Below, one piece after another: positions 1 to 12,307 of a stretch of 64,000 nucleotides of DNA (position 1 is the stretch's first letter; every line of letters starts with the position of its first letter). Below the pieces are notes generated by a model, which worked only from the letters and a program-made list of their open reading frames with translations, searched no databases and was not told the DNA's origin. Made by a program: the position numbers and the translations under genes. Source of the stretch: Eledone cirrhosa (lineage: Eukaryota); assembly GCA_964016885.1 (NCBI GenBank), contig OZ024742.1, positions 237,894,001-237,958,000 of the forward strand. Direction: 5' to 3'.

Positions 1-11
1 TAGATAGATAA

Positions 12-2446
12 GTTTCTATTTATTTGCCACCAGGGCACAAAAGAAAGGGACAAATACAAAGGGGGGGGGGGTTACAAACATTTAAAGGACGTGTAAAAAA
101 TATAAATAAAATTAAACAATCGAAGTCCTCAATATGGAGGGTTGACGTGGGTGGCACACACCCCCGAACAAATGTGCAACCCTCCTCCTTCTCCTCCCCT
201 CTCACCTACAGGCTGATATAGAGAGAAGGCACATTCACTCGGGCCATTCTCGCCACTTTCACCCACCTTTCATAAAACTTGCTGGGGTAGAGCACCTCTC
301 TCTCCATTCTGATCCTTATTCTAAAATGGTATTTGAAAAAAAGGACCAGTTGTTGGCCGGAGAGAAAGGTGTGTGACCTCATCCCTTTCAACCTCCTCCA
401 CCATACAACCTATTTAGCCATAGCTATCACACAGAGAAAACCGCCTCTCCTTCGTTTTTGAAGGGGGGAGGCGGTTTGATCGTGACAATGTACTCGGTGG
501 TCAACCGGATTGGTCCCACCCGCGACAGTAGTCGTTCCACATAGCCCAACAGGTCAGCAACGCCCGGGCAGTGTACGAATGCGTGCGTGACGGTTTCCTC
601 GTCACGCACGCATCTCGGACAGATCTTTTTCGAGGGGTCCCTACCCGGGCGCCCGTGTCTGTATAGCTTGTCCCGAACGGGTAGAGCTCCTGCCAAGTCA
701 GGGACTTCTGGAAGTTGTCCATCGGTCCCGGGCCAAACGTCCTACCGAACAGACTGGCTAGTTCGTCTTCCTCCATGCCCAGAGCTTCTCCGAGAGCTTC
801 GTCACACTTGCTGCGCACTAACCCTCTATAGAATGTCGAGGTGGAGTCTCCACTGGTTGCCGGATCCGCTTGCCAGAGGGCCGTGAGCGCCTGGGCACAT
901 TAAATGTGCCATTTGCCCATTTTTCTCGGTATTTGCTTGACCAAGGATTGCAGCTCGGTGAGCGAGACGAGTCTAGGAAAGGCTCGCCTCACAAAGGGGG
1001 CCCACACCGGTTGACCGGTGAGGAATACCTGGAGGTGCCGTAGCCTTGATGCGTATTTACGCATCGTCATCCATGGCATCCTCAGCCTTCCGTTCGAAGG
1101 GTGTTGACAGCAGATGAATATTCTCACCAAAGGGGCCCGCTTTTTCCAAAAGAATTGGAAAAGCGTGCGCTCCATTTTGGCGAGCGTTTTCGCTGGGCAA
1201 GGCACGACGGTCAAGCGGTAGTATATGACGGACGCTATATAAGTGTTCGCCACCTCCGCTCGACCTTTCAGGGACAGTTTGCACTCGGCCCACTTCTGGG
1301 CGAGTGCAAACACCCTGCCCGTTACCACGTCCCAGTTTTCCTCCACCTGGAGGTCTGGTCCGAACCAGACTCCGAGCAGCTTCACCGGTCCCTTCGTCCA
1401 GCGTCCGACGGCGCCGTCGGAGGGCATCGGTTTGCCTCTCCACGTTACGAGTTGCAAACCGACGGACTTGTCCCGGTTCAGATTGGCTCCTGTAAACCTT
1501 TCGTATTCCTCCAGTAAGGTGCCGAGTTCCCCGATTTCCGAGGCGCACGACACCATTACTGTCACGTCATCGGCGTAGGCCGACACCGCTTTCCGCAATC
1601 CCGGTTCCAAGGGGATTCCCTGGAACAGCTCCAACTTCCGCAGTAGTGGCTCGAGAGTCAGTACATACAGAAGGAAGGAAAGAGGGCATCCCTGTCGGAT
1701 GGATTGCGTGATTTGGAACGGATCCGAGAGGTAGCCGTTAACCTTGACGCTCGAACAGATGTTGCTGCTATGCATTGCAGCAATCCAGCTCCTGAAAACG
1801 GGTCCGAAGCCTGCCGCCGCGAGCACTGCATCCAGGTACCGATGGTCGACCCTATCGAACGCCTTAGATTGATCCAATTTGATCAGGGCCCCACCAAAGC
1901 CGGGTTAATTCCCTACCCTCTCTACGATGTATCGCATGATGTGGACGTTCTCGTGTATGGACCTGGACGGGATTGCGCATGTCTGTGCTTCTCCCACCAG
2001 GTTCCCGACGACAAGCGCCAACCCCTTCGATAACACCTTGGCCCAAATCTTTAACCCTGTATTTAGCAGAGTTATGGGCCTGAAGTTATCTATGTCATCC
2101 CCCTTGTTCTCGTTGTTCCTGACTAGCGTGACTACGTCCCTGTTCACAGAACTTGGAATTCTCCCGTTCTGTTGCCAGTTGCAGTAGACCGCCTCGAGGA
2201 GATCGGAGAACAAGTCCGGCATCGCTACATAAATTTCGTATGGTAGACCATCGAGACCCGGAGATTTGCGTTTGCCGCATCGGCTCAGCGCTTCCCCTAT
2301 TTTAGCGGCTGAAATCGGCCTTTCGCAGGATTTCGCCTCCCCGTCCGAGAGCCGCGGCAGACCGTCGAGGTATGGACCGAAATCCATGGTCTCCCCCCCC
2401 CCCACAGTCGTGCAAAGTGCCGCTGAAAGGCCGCGCACTTCCGCTC
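12..2446 (-). mobile_element. 5'-truncated, frameshifted L1/Tx1-type LINE (RT, C-terminal zinc knuckle, 3' UTR)
   Basis: Minus-strand ORFs 1905-2693, 900-1877 and 427-696 carry FRPITLLNTGLKIWAKVL, DQSKAFDRVDH, RQGCPLS, YADDVT and CPRC..ETVTHAFVHC. (GATA)-type repeats lie at both ends. Confidence 0.9.
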
Positions 2447-2471
2447 TAGACAGATAGATAGATAGACGTGT

Positions 2472-2508
<37 letters not shown>

Positions 2509-2541
2509 TTCTTACTCTCTCTTCCCTTCCATCTTTCTCTC

Positions 2542-2597
<56 letters not shown>

Positions 2598-3329
2598 GTT
2601 GTTATTTGGTTGTTGAAAAGAGGAGTGGCCTTTGACCTCGCAATAAAAACTGGAGACAAATTCTCTCTGTACCAAAACCAAGCACACACACACAAGTGTA
2701 TGTGTGTGTGTATGCGTGCGCGTTTATGTGTGTGTGTGTGTGTGTGTGTATAATATATATATATGTGTGTGTGTATTATATATGTGTGTATCTATCTATG
2801 TATATATATAAGGGATACAGCTTCTCAATTCATTCGTTGCTACTAAGTATTTTATTTTGCTACGAAGTATTTTCTTTTGCAAGGTACTACTTTTCGCCTG
2901 AGTTTGTGATTTCAGAGAAAGGTAAGAAATTCTTCATATTTTGCATCTTTTGTATTTTGACTTTACAGTTTGATTGTAGAATTGTCTATCCACTCAAAAT
3001 ATTACAACAGCTAACAGTGAAATATAGAATTAAAAAAAAAAAGCTTTTACGACTGAGATCAAATCTGTTTTTTTCAAAAATATATAATTTGAAATAGCTT
3101 GCTTTTGTTTTGGACTGAAACTTTTTTGTATTTAATTCGTGCGAGTATTTTTTAAAGATTCTAACATAACTTGATTTGGCCCAGTAATCTACTGATATCA
3201 AAATCAGTAGTATATTGACAAATGGGAAAATAGGGTAGGGGGCGTGTCGTGATTTCGAGGGGCAAAAGGGGGCGTTTGGACGAAATGGGTTGAGAACCTT
3301 TGATTTAGACCTACAGACACGCACATACA

Positions 3330-4075
3330 GACCGGTCTACAAACCCAGTGAGAAACGTAGTTACATTCTTAAGTACTCTAGCCACCTCCTATAGATTTTT
3401 TTAAATTTTATCAATAAAATTAGTAAGAGTGTATCCAACCTCTCTTCTAGCAAAGCTAGCTTTGATAGGAGAGCACCCTACTACATCTCAGCACTAAGCA
3501 ACATGGGCTTCTGTGAAAAAATCACATACTCTCTAGAACACAGTCCTATATCTAGAAAGAAAAAAAACCTAGACATAAAGGCGTCATATAATTCACCCGC
3601 CTTTCGCACTTAATGTGAAAACCAATGTAGCTAGAAAATTTCTAGCCCTCCTAGATTTCCACTTCACTGTTGGCGATAAATACCGAGAGATATTCAATTG
3701 CCATACAATGAAAATAAGGTACTCTTGTACAAATAACATTAAAACCCACATCACCGGCAAACGTAAAAGCCCTCTACCGTACGGATGTTCATGCAGAAGG
3801 CCAGAGACATGTCCACTAGATCAACAGTGCAACACCTCAGCAGTGATATATCAAGCAGAAGTGACCTTCATCAACCAGAACCACCAAACTGAAGCCTGAG
3901 CTTATGTCGGAATGTCCTATAGCCGGTTCAGAAGCCGGTACCTGAACCATAAAGCAACTTTCAAACATCCGGATAAAAAACATACCACCCTATTCGCAAA
4001 CCATATTTCGAGCCTTAAAAATAACGGCACATCTGGAAATTACGCATCGAGTGCTCACTCTTGTCAACCTACAAT
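3330..4075 (+). mobile_element. Degenerate PLE fragment (RT thumb, Cys-rich linker, GIY-YIG endonuclease)
   Basis: ORFs 3615-3899 and 3912-4133 share a frame: KIRYSCTNNI..CSCRRPETCPLDQQC..VIYQAEV..*AYVGM..FRSRYLNHKATF, paralogous to 24764-25435. Confidence 0.85.
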
Positions 4076-4111
4076 AACTGGACGTTACAATCCCTATATA
4101 TATATATATAT

Positions 4112-4184
4112 ATACTCTACTACCCAGTATTGAGTACTTTGGTGTGTTATGGTCCACCTGGTTACTTACCACACTTCCTTCGTT
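4112..4184 (+). mobile_element. Tail-only piece of PLE family A pLTR in (TA)n
   Basis: actctactacccagtattgagtactttggtg..ttccttcgtta is the reverse complement of 23077-23148; TA tracts on both sides. Confidence 0.8.
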
Positions 4185-4194
4185 ATATATATAT

Positions 4195-4433
4195 ATAAAT
4201 TAATAAAAACAATGAATAAAAACAAAGAAACAGTTCCTTATATTAAAAAATTCAAGCATTTTTTAATATAAGGAAATGTTTCTTTGTTTTTATTCATTGT
4301 TTTTATTAATTTATCTTGACTCTGTTTTCCTGTGATTTTCATCGAAAAAATGTTGAATACATCTTCTCTTTTCATGATATCTGGATTACATTGAGTTCTT
4401 CATACGGATTGGACACTACCGTATATTTTTGGT

Positions 4434-4439
<6 letters not shown>
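4195..4439 (+). mobile_element. Fold-back mini-element: hairpin 4195-4314 plus unpaired tail
   Basis: Near-perfect ~55 bp inverted repeat around ttcaagca, starting at (TA)n and followed by ~125 bp unpaired sequence. Confidence 0.65.
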
Positions 4440-4522
<83 letters not shown>

Positions 4523-4565
4523 AATGATATTAATAAATGGAAACTATATTTATAAAACCATATTT

Positions 4566-4626
4566 ATTTTATTATATATATTTCCAGGGTACCAAAATTT
4601 TGGTACGCTCTCATCAGATAAAATAC
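4566..4626 (-). ncRNA. Type I HHR, family B, in an arm starting at (TA)n 4520
   Basis: Reverse complement: tattttat-CTGATGA-gagcgtaccaaaattttggtaccctg-GAAA-tatat-ATA-ataaaata; homologous to 34071, 55263 and 55893. Confidence 0.7.
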
Positions 4627-6174
4627 AAAATTTGTTTTATAAATGGTGACATACCCAAGAAACCAAACCTTATCGGTTCAGGTTCAGTTTGGATAGTGAA
4701 AGAAAAATTTCAAATCTTTAGGATAAATATGTAAATGAGGTTGAAACGTAAGGCTGAAAAAGGATCGTTATATTTAGACGCTAGTTAAATTTAAATAATT
4801 ATTAGGATAATTTATAAAGGGAAGAAGAAAAAAAAAGTGAGGCTAATATTAATATTAGGGTGTAAGAAAATTTAAGGAATGATAATAAGAAAAATTATAG
4901 TTAGAAATACACTATTATTATTAAGATAAAATTGTATGGATTATATCAATGATGGTATAAAGAGAGTGATATAATTATATCTAATTATTTAATTATAAAA
5001 TCATATATTTTGGTAGTAACTATAAAATAATATGAGAGTTAAAAATGTGTTGAAGTGGTAGAATACCAATTTAAATTTTTTTTTAAATTGAGATATACAA
5101 CTAATTATTGGATCTATTCAAATCATGAGATAATATTTATAATATAGATAATATTTACAAGTATATTTTAAGGTCGTAAGTATATATTAGTTTATTATAT
5201 TACAACGGGTTATTTATATAAGTATTTATATAAATATTTTTGGTGAGTATATGCTATTTTCGCAAGATAGATAATTTAAATATTTTTATATATATTAAGG
5301 GTTACGAAGAATTTTGTGTTTATATTTTCAATATATAGTTAAGAAAAGGACCATGTTATAAATTTTATTTGAGAAGATTATTTTGTACATTCAGATAGTT
5401 CAATCAAGATAGGAAACATTCACAAAAAATTTATTAAGTCAACGAAAATAAATATTTATGTAAAGTTTAGTTGTTACGTAGAAGGAATGTTTAAACGTGT
5501 TACATTATAAAGGAAAAGATAACTCCAATGTTTCTTAGTTAAAATAATTATGTTATATTTGTCATTTAATTCTAGAATTTACTTTTAAAGAAATATACAA
5601 TTAAGATATATGCGGAATATAACTAGAAAAATTTAATATATTTTATATATGATTATAAGGTATTTTATATTAGCTGTTTTCAAAGATGAGAATTCTTTTA
5701 TATATGTATTTAGATAGTATTAGCTACATCAATGCATGTGTTAAAGTCTATATAGTGATTTAGGAAGAAACCATATTATAACAGACATCATAAGTATATT
5801 TAGAAACATTATCAAAATGATCACAAAAAGATATATTTCAGAATATCCTTGAAAACCATTAAAAAGAATATCATTTGAAAAAGAATATCATTGGAAAAAT
5901 ATTAGATAAAAAGAGGAAAATATCATTTAAAAACCACCACAAAATCTCGACAAAACCTAGTGAAGACATTTAAAATGTAAACAAGTGAAATATATTCTAT
6001 AGATTAAGACACTGCTGAAAGTCATTCTTTGGCGATGTCTGCAGAAACTAAATAATTCTTTCTTTTTGTTAAAGTCAGTAGAATGAAGGGTTCATCCTAC
6101 TGACATGGCTATAAAATTGAGGCTTCTTTGCATAATTGCAAACGAATCGAATGTTATTATTAATATTCGAAAAA

Positions 6175-6359
6175 GGGCGGTGAATTGGTAGTATCGGTAG
6201 AGGGTTGGACGCCATGCTTTCTAGCATAGTTACGTCCCTTTACGGTCTGAGTTCAAATCCCGCCAAGGTTAACTTTGCCTTTCATCCTTACGGGGTCGAT
6301 AAAATAAAGTACCAGTAATACACTGGGTAATTGCTGGCCTTGTGCCTAAAGTAGAAACA
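6175..6359 (+). mobile_element. Full-length tRNA-derived SINE with 19-bp TSD
   Basis: A-box-like tggtagtatcggtag, B-box gagttcaaatccc, 3' end ccttgtgcctaaagtagaaac. TSD attattaatattcgaaaaa at 6156-6174 and 6360-6378. Confidence 0.9.
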
Positions 6360-6639
6360 ATTATTAATATTCGAAAAACTCAGATTATATTTATTGTATT
6401 CAGCCATGTAGAGCGAACATTTTCTTTTCTGTTTGAATTTGGCAAAGCCGGCCATTTATCGCTCGTATACAGGAAACTGACTGGTCAGTCTGCTGATATG
6501 CAAGTCTCGCTGATCAGTGGATCTGCTAATATGCAGATCTGACTGATCAGCCAGTCTGCTAATATGCAAATCAGGCCGATCAATCACTGTGTATTTTTGA
6601 ATATAGCATATATTTTCACTAGCTCTGACAGTTTGTCAG

Positions 6640-6705
6640 GTGAACAGTGAGCTGTACTGATGAAGGGTGATACCCAGAAACATTAGTGTCTGCAGTTCTG
6701 TTCAC
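6640..6705 (+). ncRNA. Canonical type I HHR in a pLTR-like repeat (6082-6830)
   Basis: gtgaacag..agctgta-CTGATGA-a gggt gat accc a-GAAA-ca ttag t-GTC-tgcagtt ctgttcac. Predicted cut after 6690. Bracketed by a ~100 bp direct repeat (6082-6174, 6726-6810). Confidence 0.8.
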
Positions 6706-6962
6706 ATGCCAACACAAGAGCAAAAATGAAGGTTTCATTCTACTGACAAGGCTATAAAATTGAGGCTTGATTGCACAATTGAAAACTAATCGAATGTTTT
6801 TATTAATATTCGAAAAACTCAGATTACATTATATATATATATAATAAGGGTTGACGGACCCAGCATATTTATCAATGCCAGTACCGGTTGCATCTCAGCG
6901 CACTCAATGGGCAATGTAAGATACATTACCAGAGTATACACATAGTTATTTGCCTCAACACA

Positions 6963-7040
<78 letters not shown>

Positions 7041-7563
7041 TTAAAACTAAGTGTGACAGTGGGGACGTTAAGATTGGCCCAAACAAACAGATAACCAAAT
7101 AATTACGAACAGGTATAATAGTGTTACGGTATGATAATTTACTTCGGAATATTTCCTTGTGTTTGTTTATAATATTCTAGACTACACGGAATATTGATTA
7201 TAAATCTTTTATTCTGCGAACTGTCTACTGCACTTTAACACGCTTCTAATGCACTTTAACACTTAGCTATGCTTTAAAATTTGTCATATATCGTTCTGAT
7301 TATGGTGTTATATGTAACATAGTTCTATATTAAATATGGAAAAGGTGAAGAGGAAGATATAGTGAGACGAAAGGAAGGAGTGAAAGAAAAGGAAAGGGAT
7401 AGAGATATATGGGAAAAGATAGATAAGCGGATAGAGAGAAGTGGGAGAAGAGAAGAAGTTGGACGAAAACATAGAGGGAGATAGCAGGAAATATATGTTT
7501 ATCTCTATCTGTCTATAATTATCTATCTACGAATCTATCTATATAAATATCTTTATATTTATG

Positions 7564-7596
<33 letters not shown>

Positions 7597-7597
<1 letters not shown>

Positions 7598-8524
7598 TTT
7601 TCTTTATTAACCACAAGGGTTTACATAAAGTAGACATTAAGGACAGTACAGGACAATACAGGGCTGTACAAATGGGCATTTCTGCGTGTAAAAAACAAGA
7701 AACAGAGGATGTAATAATAGAACATTGAAAAAATTCCCCAATAGGGGGGAGACTTCCGAGGGACATTCGTGGAGAAAGCCCATTAAAAAGCCATAGTGAC
7801 CCTGACCACCAGGGCAAGTGCCCTCTCCCAGTTTCCCACCTTTAATTTACAGACACATACTCAGAGTAGGCCCATTCACTCGGGCCATTCTTGCCTCTCT
7901 CACCCATCTTTCAACAAAATGCTGGGAAGAGAGCACTTCCCTCTCTACCCTGATTTTCCTTTTCAAATGAAATTTGAAAAAGTTAATCAGGGCATCACCG
8001 AAGAGGTAAGTGCTCGTTTTCAGCCCTTTCAAACGCGTTAACCATACTATCTCTTTCGCCTTGGCCACCAGACAGATAAAAACTGCCTGCCCTTCCCGGC
8101 TAAAGGGAGAGGGCGGGGCAATCCTCACGATGGACTCAGCTGATAGCCGGATCCGTTCTACACGCGACAGCAGGTGTTCGACATAAACCCACAACTCAGC
8201 AATGCTCGGACACTGGACGAGTGCGTGCAGGATGGTTTCGTCGCCCTGCGCGCATCTCGGACATGCCCGGCTGACGGCATTTCCATGCCTGTACTGGCAA
8301 AGCTCCTCGATAGCACTGCCAGGGATTTCTGGAAGTTGTCCATAGGCCCTGGCCCGAAAGTTCTTCCGAAGAATTGGCTAGTTGATTTTCGTCGCCGCCT
8401 AGAGTTTCCCCAAGTACGTCGTCGCTCTTACCCTCCACTAATCCTCTAAAGAACGCCAAGGTGGAGTTTCCAACGATCACATTGCCCGACTAGTCGAGGG
8501 CTGTGAGTGCCTGAAGACATTCCA
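7597..8524 (-). mobile_element. 3' fragment of L1/Tx1-type LINE
   Basis: ORFs 7847-8194 and 8158-8343 are homologous to 200-860 (MDNFQKSL, VERLLSRV, FVERWVREARMARVN). (AAT)n on both sides. Confidence 0.85.
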
Positions 8525-8540
8525 AATAATAATAATAATA

Positions 8541-9613
8541 AAAGATCATACGCCATTACAAAAGATGCAGAAAGATACAGTAATGAACTACAAATTTCAG
8601 AAGTTCCATTTATTGCTGAAATGAAAAACACAGAAAAAGTAGGTAAAAGTAACTGCAAAAAAAGAACTGCTACAGAAACTCGTTAAGAAATGGCAAGAAA
8701 AGCCTCTATATGGAAAATACCCAGAAAGAGCTAACAATCCTGATGTTGACAAAACGTTAACCCATCAGTGGTTGGCATCCTCTGGACTGAAATCGGAGAC
8801 TGAAGGACTGATTATATCAGCACAAGATCAGTGTCTGCCAACAAAAAATTACCAAGCCAAAATAATAAAAAATGGATGCAACCCATTATGCCGTGTGTGT
8901 AAAAAACAACCAGAGACCTTTGATCATATAATTTCAATGTGCAGTCCTATAGCTCCAACCGAATACCTAAACAGGGACGACAGAGCTGCACAATACATAC
9001 ATTGGATAATGTGTAAGCATTTTGACCTGCCCCATCAAAAGAATTGGTGGGAGCATCAACCACCTCCCGTACTTGAAAAAGATCACATCTCAATCTTGTG
9101 GAACTTTTGCATCCAAACAGACCGAAAAATAGGTGCAAATAGACCTGATATAATACTGAAGGACTTTAAAAAGAGGGTATGCCTGCTAATTGATATGTCC
9201 ATTCCAATAGACAAGAATGTATCTATAAAAACATTTGTAAAATTGAGCAAGTATAAAGACCTGGAGATAGAAATTGGAAAAATGTGGAAATTGAGAACTA
9301 AAATAATACCAGTGGTTGTAGGCGCTCTAGGAATGATACCTAAGGGGTCTAATGATTATTTATCGCAAATCCCAGGAAACCCGCGTATAGGAGAAATACA
9401 AAAGATAGTACTAATGGCAACTTCCCATATACTGTCAATCTAAGTACATCACATGTCTAAACACCTAAAAATGCATGTGTGTATGTATGTTCTTTCTTGA
9501 ACATGGTGGACCTTGTTGTCTCTTGGGGTCACTGGTTGTGACTTGGTGATAACTCGTATGAACATAAAGCAAGATAAATGCAATGTCTGCCCATATGGTT
9601 AATAAATAAAATC
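8541..9613 (+). mobile_element. 5'-truncated Dong/R4-type LINE with restriction-like endonuclease
   Basis: ORF 8772-9443: ETEGLIISAQDQ, CRVC..ETFDHIISMC zinc knuckle, RPDI..LLIDMSIP..KLSKYKDL (PD-D/ExK), IPVVVGALG. Flanked by (TAA)n. Confidence 0.88.
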
Positions 9614-9625
9614 GTAATAATAATA

Positions 9626-9900
9626 ATTGTTTCTACTTTAGGCACAAGGCCAGCAAATTACCCAGTACCTTACTGGTACTTTATTTTATCGACCCCGTAA
9701 GGATTAAAGGCAAAGTTAACCTCGGCGGGATTTGAACTCAGACTGTAAAGGGACGTAACTATGCTAGAAAGCATGGCGTCCAACCCTCTACCGATACTGC
9801 CAATTCACCGCCCTAATCGCAATAATAATAATAATAATAATAATAATAATTGTTTCTACTTTTGGCACAAGGCCAGCAATTATCCCAGTGCATTACTGGT
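9626..9900 (-). mobile_element. One full SINE (9626-9813) and one 3' stub (9850-9900)
   Basis: Reverse complements of the 6175 SINE, separated by (AAT)10. Confidence 0.88.
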
Positions 9901-10578
9901 AATGGACTGTGTTCAGATGGAGAAAAACAACCTGCACAAATACGTAACTGACAGTAGGTAGCCAATGCTCAGAATTGTACTGAAGGAGAAGACAATAGAC
10001 CAGGGGATGTCCAAGGAGGAAATAACAACAAGGAGGAAGACCAACCTTCATGAAAAATCCCTTCATAGTACCTTCTTTAGGAAAACTGAATTTAGAGATC
10101 CACAAATATGGAACTGGTTAAAAAGAGGAAACCTTAAAAAAGCTACAGAAGGAATGCTAATGGCTGCGCAAGAGTAGGCCCTCAGAACGAAGTGGGTGAA
10201 ACACCATATCTAGAAGGAGGAGGCTAGCCCACTGTGTAGGATCTGTGGAGAGAGAGAGGAGACTGTGGCTCACTTTGTATTCGAGTGTAAACACCTAGGG
10301 CTGGAGACATGATGTGATAGGCAGGGTGATCCACTGGCACCTATGCAAAGTAAACAATTTACCACATTCTGAGAAGTGGTATGAGCATAAGCCAGAGTCG
10401 GTGATGGGAAACGATCAGGTGAGGGTGTTACGGGATTTTAGGATACAGACGGACAAGAAATTAGAACACAATAGGCCTGACCTGGTGGTTTTGGACAAGG
10501 AAAAAAGATCGTGCCTGATTGCAGATGTAGCCTGCCCATTTGACACGAGAGTGCAAGAAAGGGAGAGGGTGAAAATTA
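9901..10578 (+). mobile_element. Second Dong/R4-type LINE fragment
   Basis: WLKRGNLKKATEGMLMAAQE*, CRICGEREETVAH, IHWHLCK..WYEHKPE..RPDLVVLDK..CLIADVACPFD. Confidence 0.85.
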
Positions 10579-10579
10579 A

Positions 10580-10860
10580 CCAGACCTCAACCTTTAGCAT
10601 TTGGTTCATCTTGGAGAACAATGCCTGTGCTAAATCTCATCGTTAAGTAGCGGTTTTGATAAGGTCTCTAAAACGAGAATGCTATAAAATTCCACTAGAA
10701 GTCTTGCGTGCTGCTGTTGAAGCAGTGCCTAGTAGACTTAAGGCTATAATAAAGAAAGGATGTGGATTTATTGAATAATGTTTTGCTGTAACATTGCTGA
10801 AAATGTTAAAAACTAGTATTCAAGATTTCAAGTAAATTGGTTCAAATGTGGGCGAAATAC
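10580..10860 (+). mobile_element. Tc1/mariner-superfamily transposase C-terminal relic
   Basis: Manual translation across frameshifts: PDLN..SIWFILENNACAKSH..KIPLEVLRAAVEAVPSRLKAIIKKGCGFIE*. Confidence 0.65.
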
Positions 10861-10879
10861 ATGGTTTAACCTTTGTAAT

Positions 10880-11543
10880 AGAACTTTTGTGTCACTAAAC
10901 TTAAGTCCGGCTGGGGAAAACTCCGTCAGAAGGACTTTGAATACTGCAGCAACTGGACGGAGACAGGACAATGTCGGGATCGTGGGTTTTTGAGTCGAAG
11001 AAAAGGTTCAAAGATGACTCCAGGAATGGAAGGCCTTCAACGAGCAGGACTGAAGCAAACGTTGAGCGCGTGAGGCAGGTGGTGCGTGGTGATCCTCAGG
11101 TATCTGTACGACTGATCGCAAGTGAGATGGGCATGAACCGCAACAGCGATAGGAAGATTATCACCGAATATTTGGGTATGCGGAAAATCCGAGTGAAGTT
11201 GGTGCTGAACTGCTGACTGATAACCAGCAGGAGCGGCGCATGCAGGTATGTCAGGGCATCCTAGAGCGTATTGAAACCGAACAAGACTGGCTGGGGAGAA
11301 TCAACACCGATGATGAGTCATGGATCTTCGAGTACGACGAAGCGCCAAAGCTTTCAAGGGGGTCATGACGATGGGGCTACGGAGAATTCCGGGAGAATGC
11401 TTCCAGGGGTGCATGGAGGCGTCACAGAGAAGAATAGGAAAGTGCTTTAAACTCGAGGATTATTTTGAAGGTGAAAACTTGTATTTTGGATTTGAAATAT
11501 TTTTTGCAACCCCAGTCCCGTTTCTTTTCAGACACACCTCGTA
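10880..11543 (+). mobile_element. Internally deleted mariner transposon relic
   Basis: DDSRNGRPSTS..VERVRQVV..LGMRKI, DDESWIFEYD, then C-terminal RIGKC..DYFEG; TIR-like end tttcagacacacctcg followed by TA. Confidence 0.85.
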
Positions 11544-11728
11544 TATATTATATATATATATAGAGAGAGAGAAACACACAGATACATGCGGACACATACA
11601 TATACATGAATATATCCACACATATCCCTGAGTTAGTGGTGCCAACCTCAACCGATGTTGCTCTATGAATAACTGGGACAGAACAATCCGAATGGATTAG
11701 ATTGATTCAGTATCAGAGCTATAAAGTA

Positions 11729-12246
<518 letters not shown>

Positions 12247-12264
12247 TGAGAGAGAGAAATAGAA

Positions 12265-12305
<41 letters not shown>

Positions 12306-12307
<2 letters not shown>

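Noticed and set aside
3285-3305. hAT-like TIR ggttgagaacctttg
   Set aside because: The matching left end near 2818 is too degenerate and no 8-bp TSD is visible.
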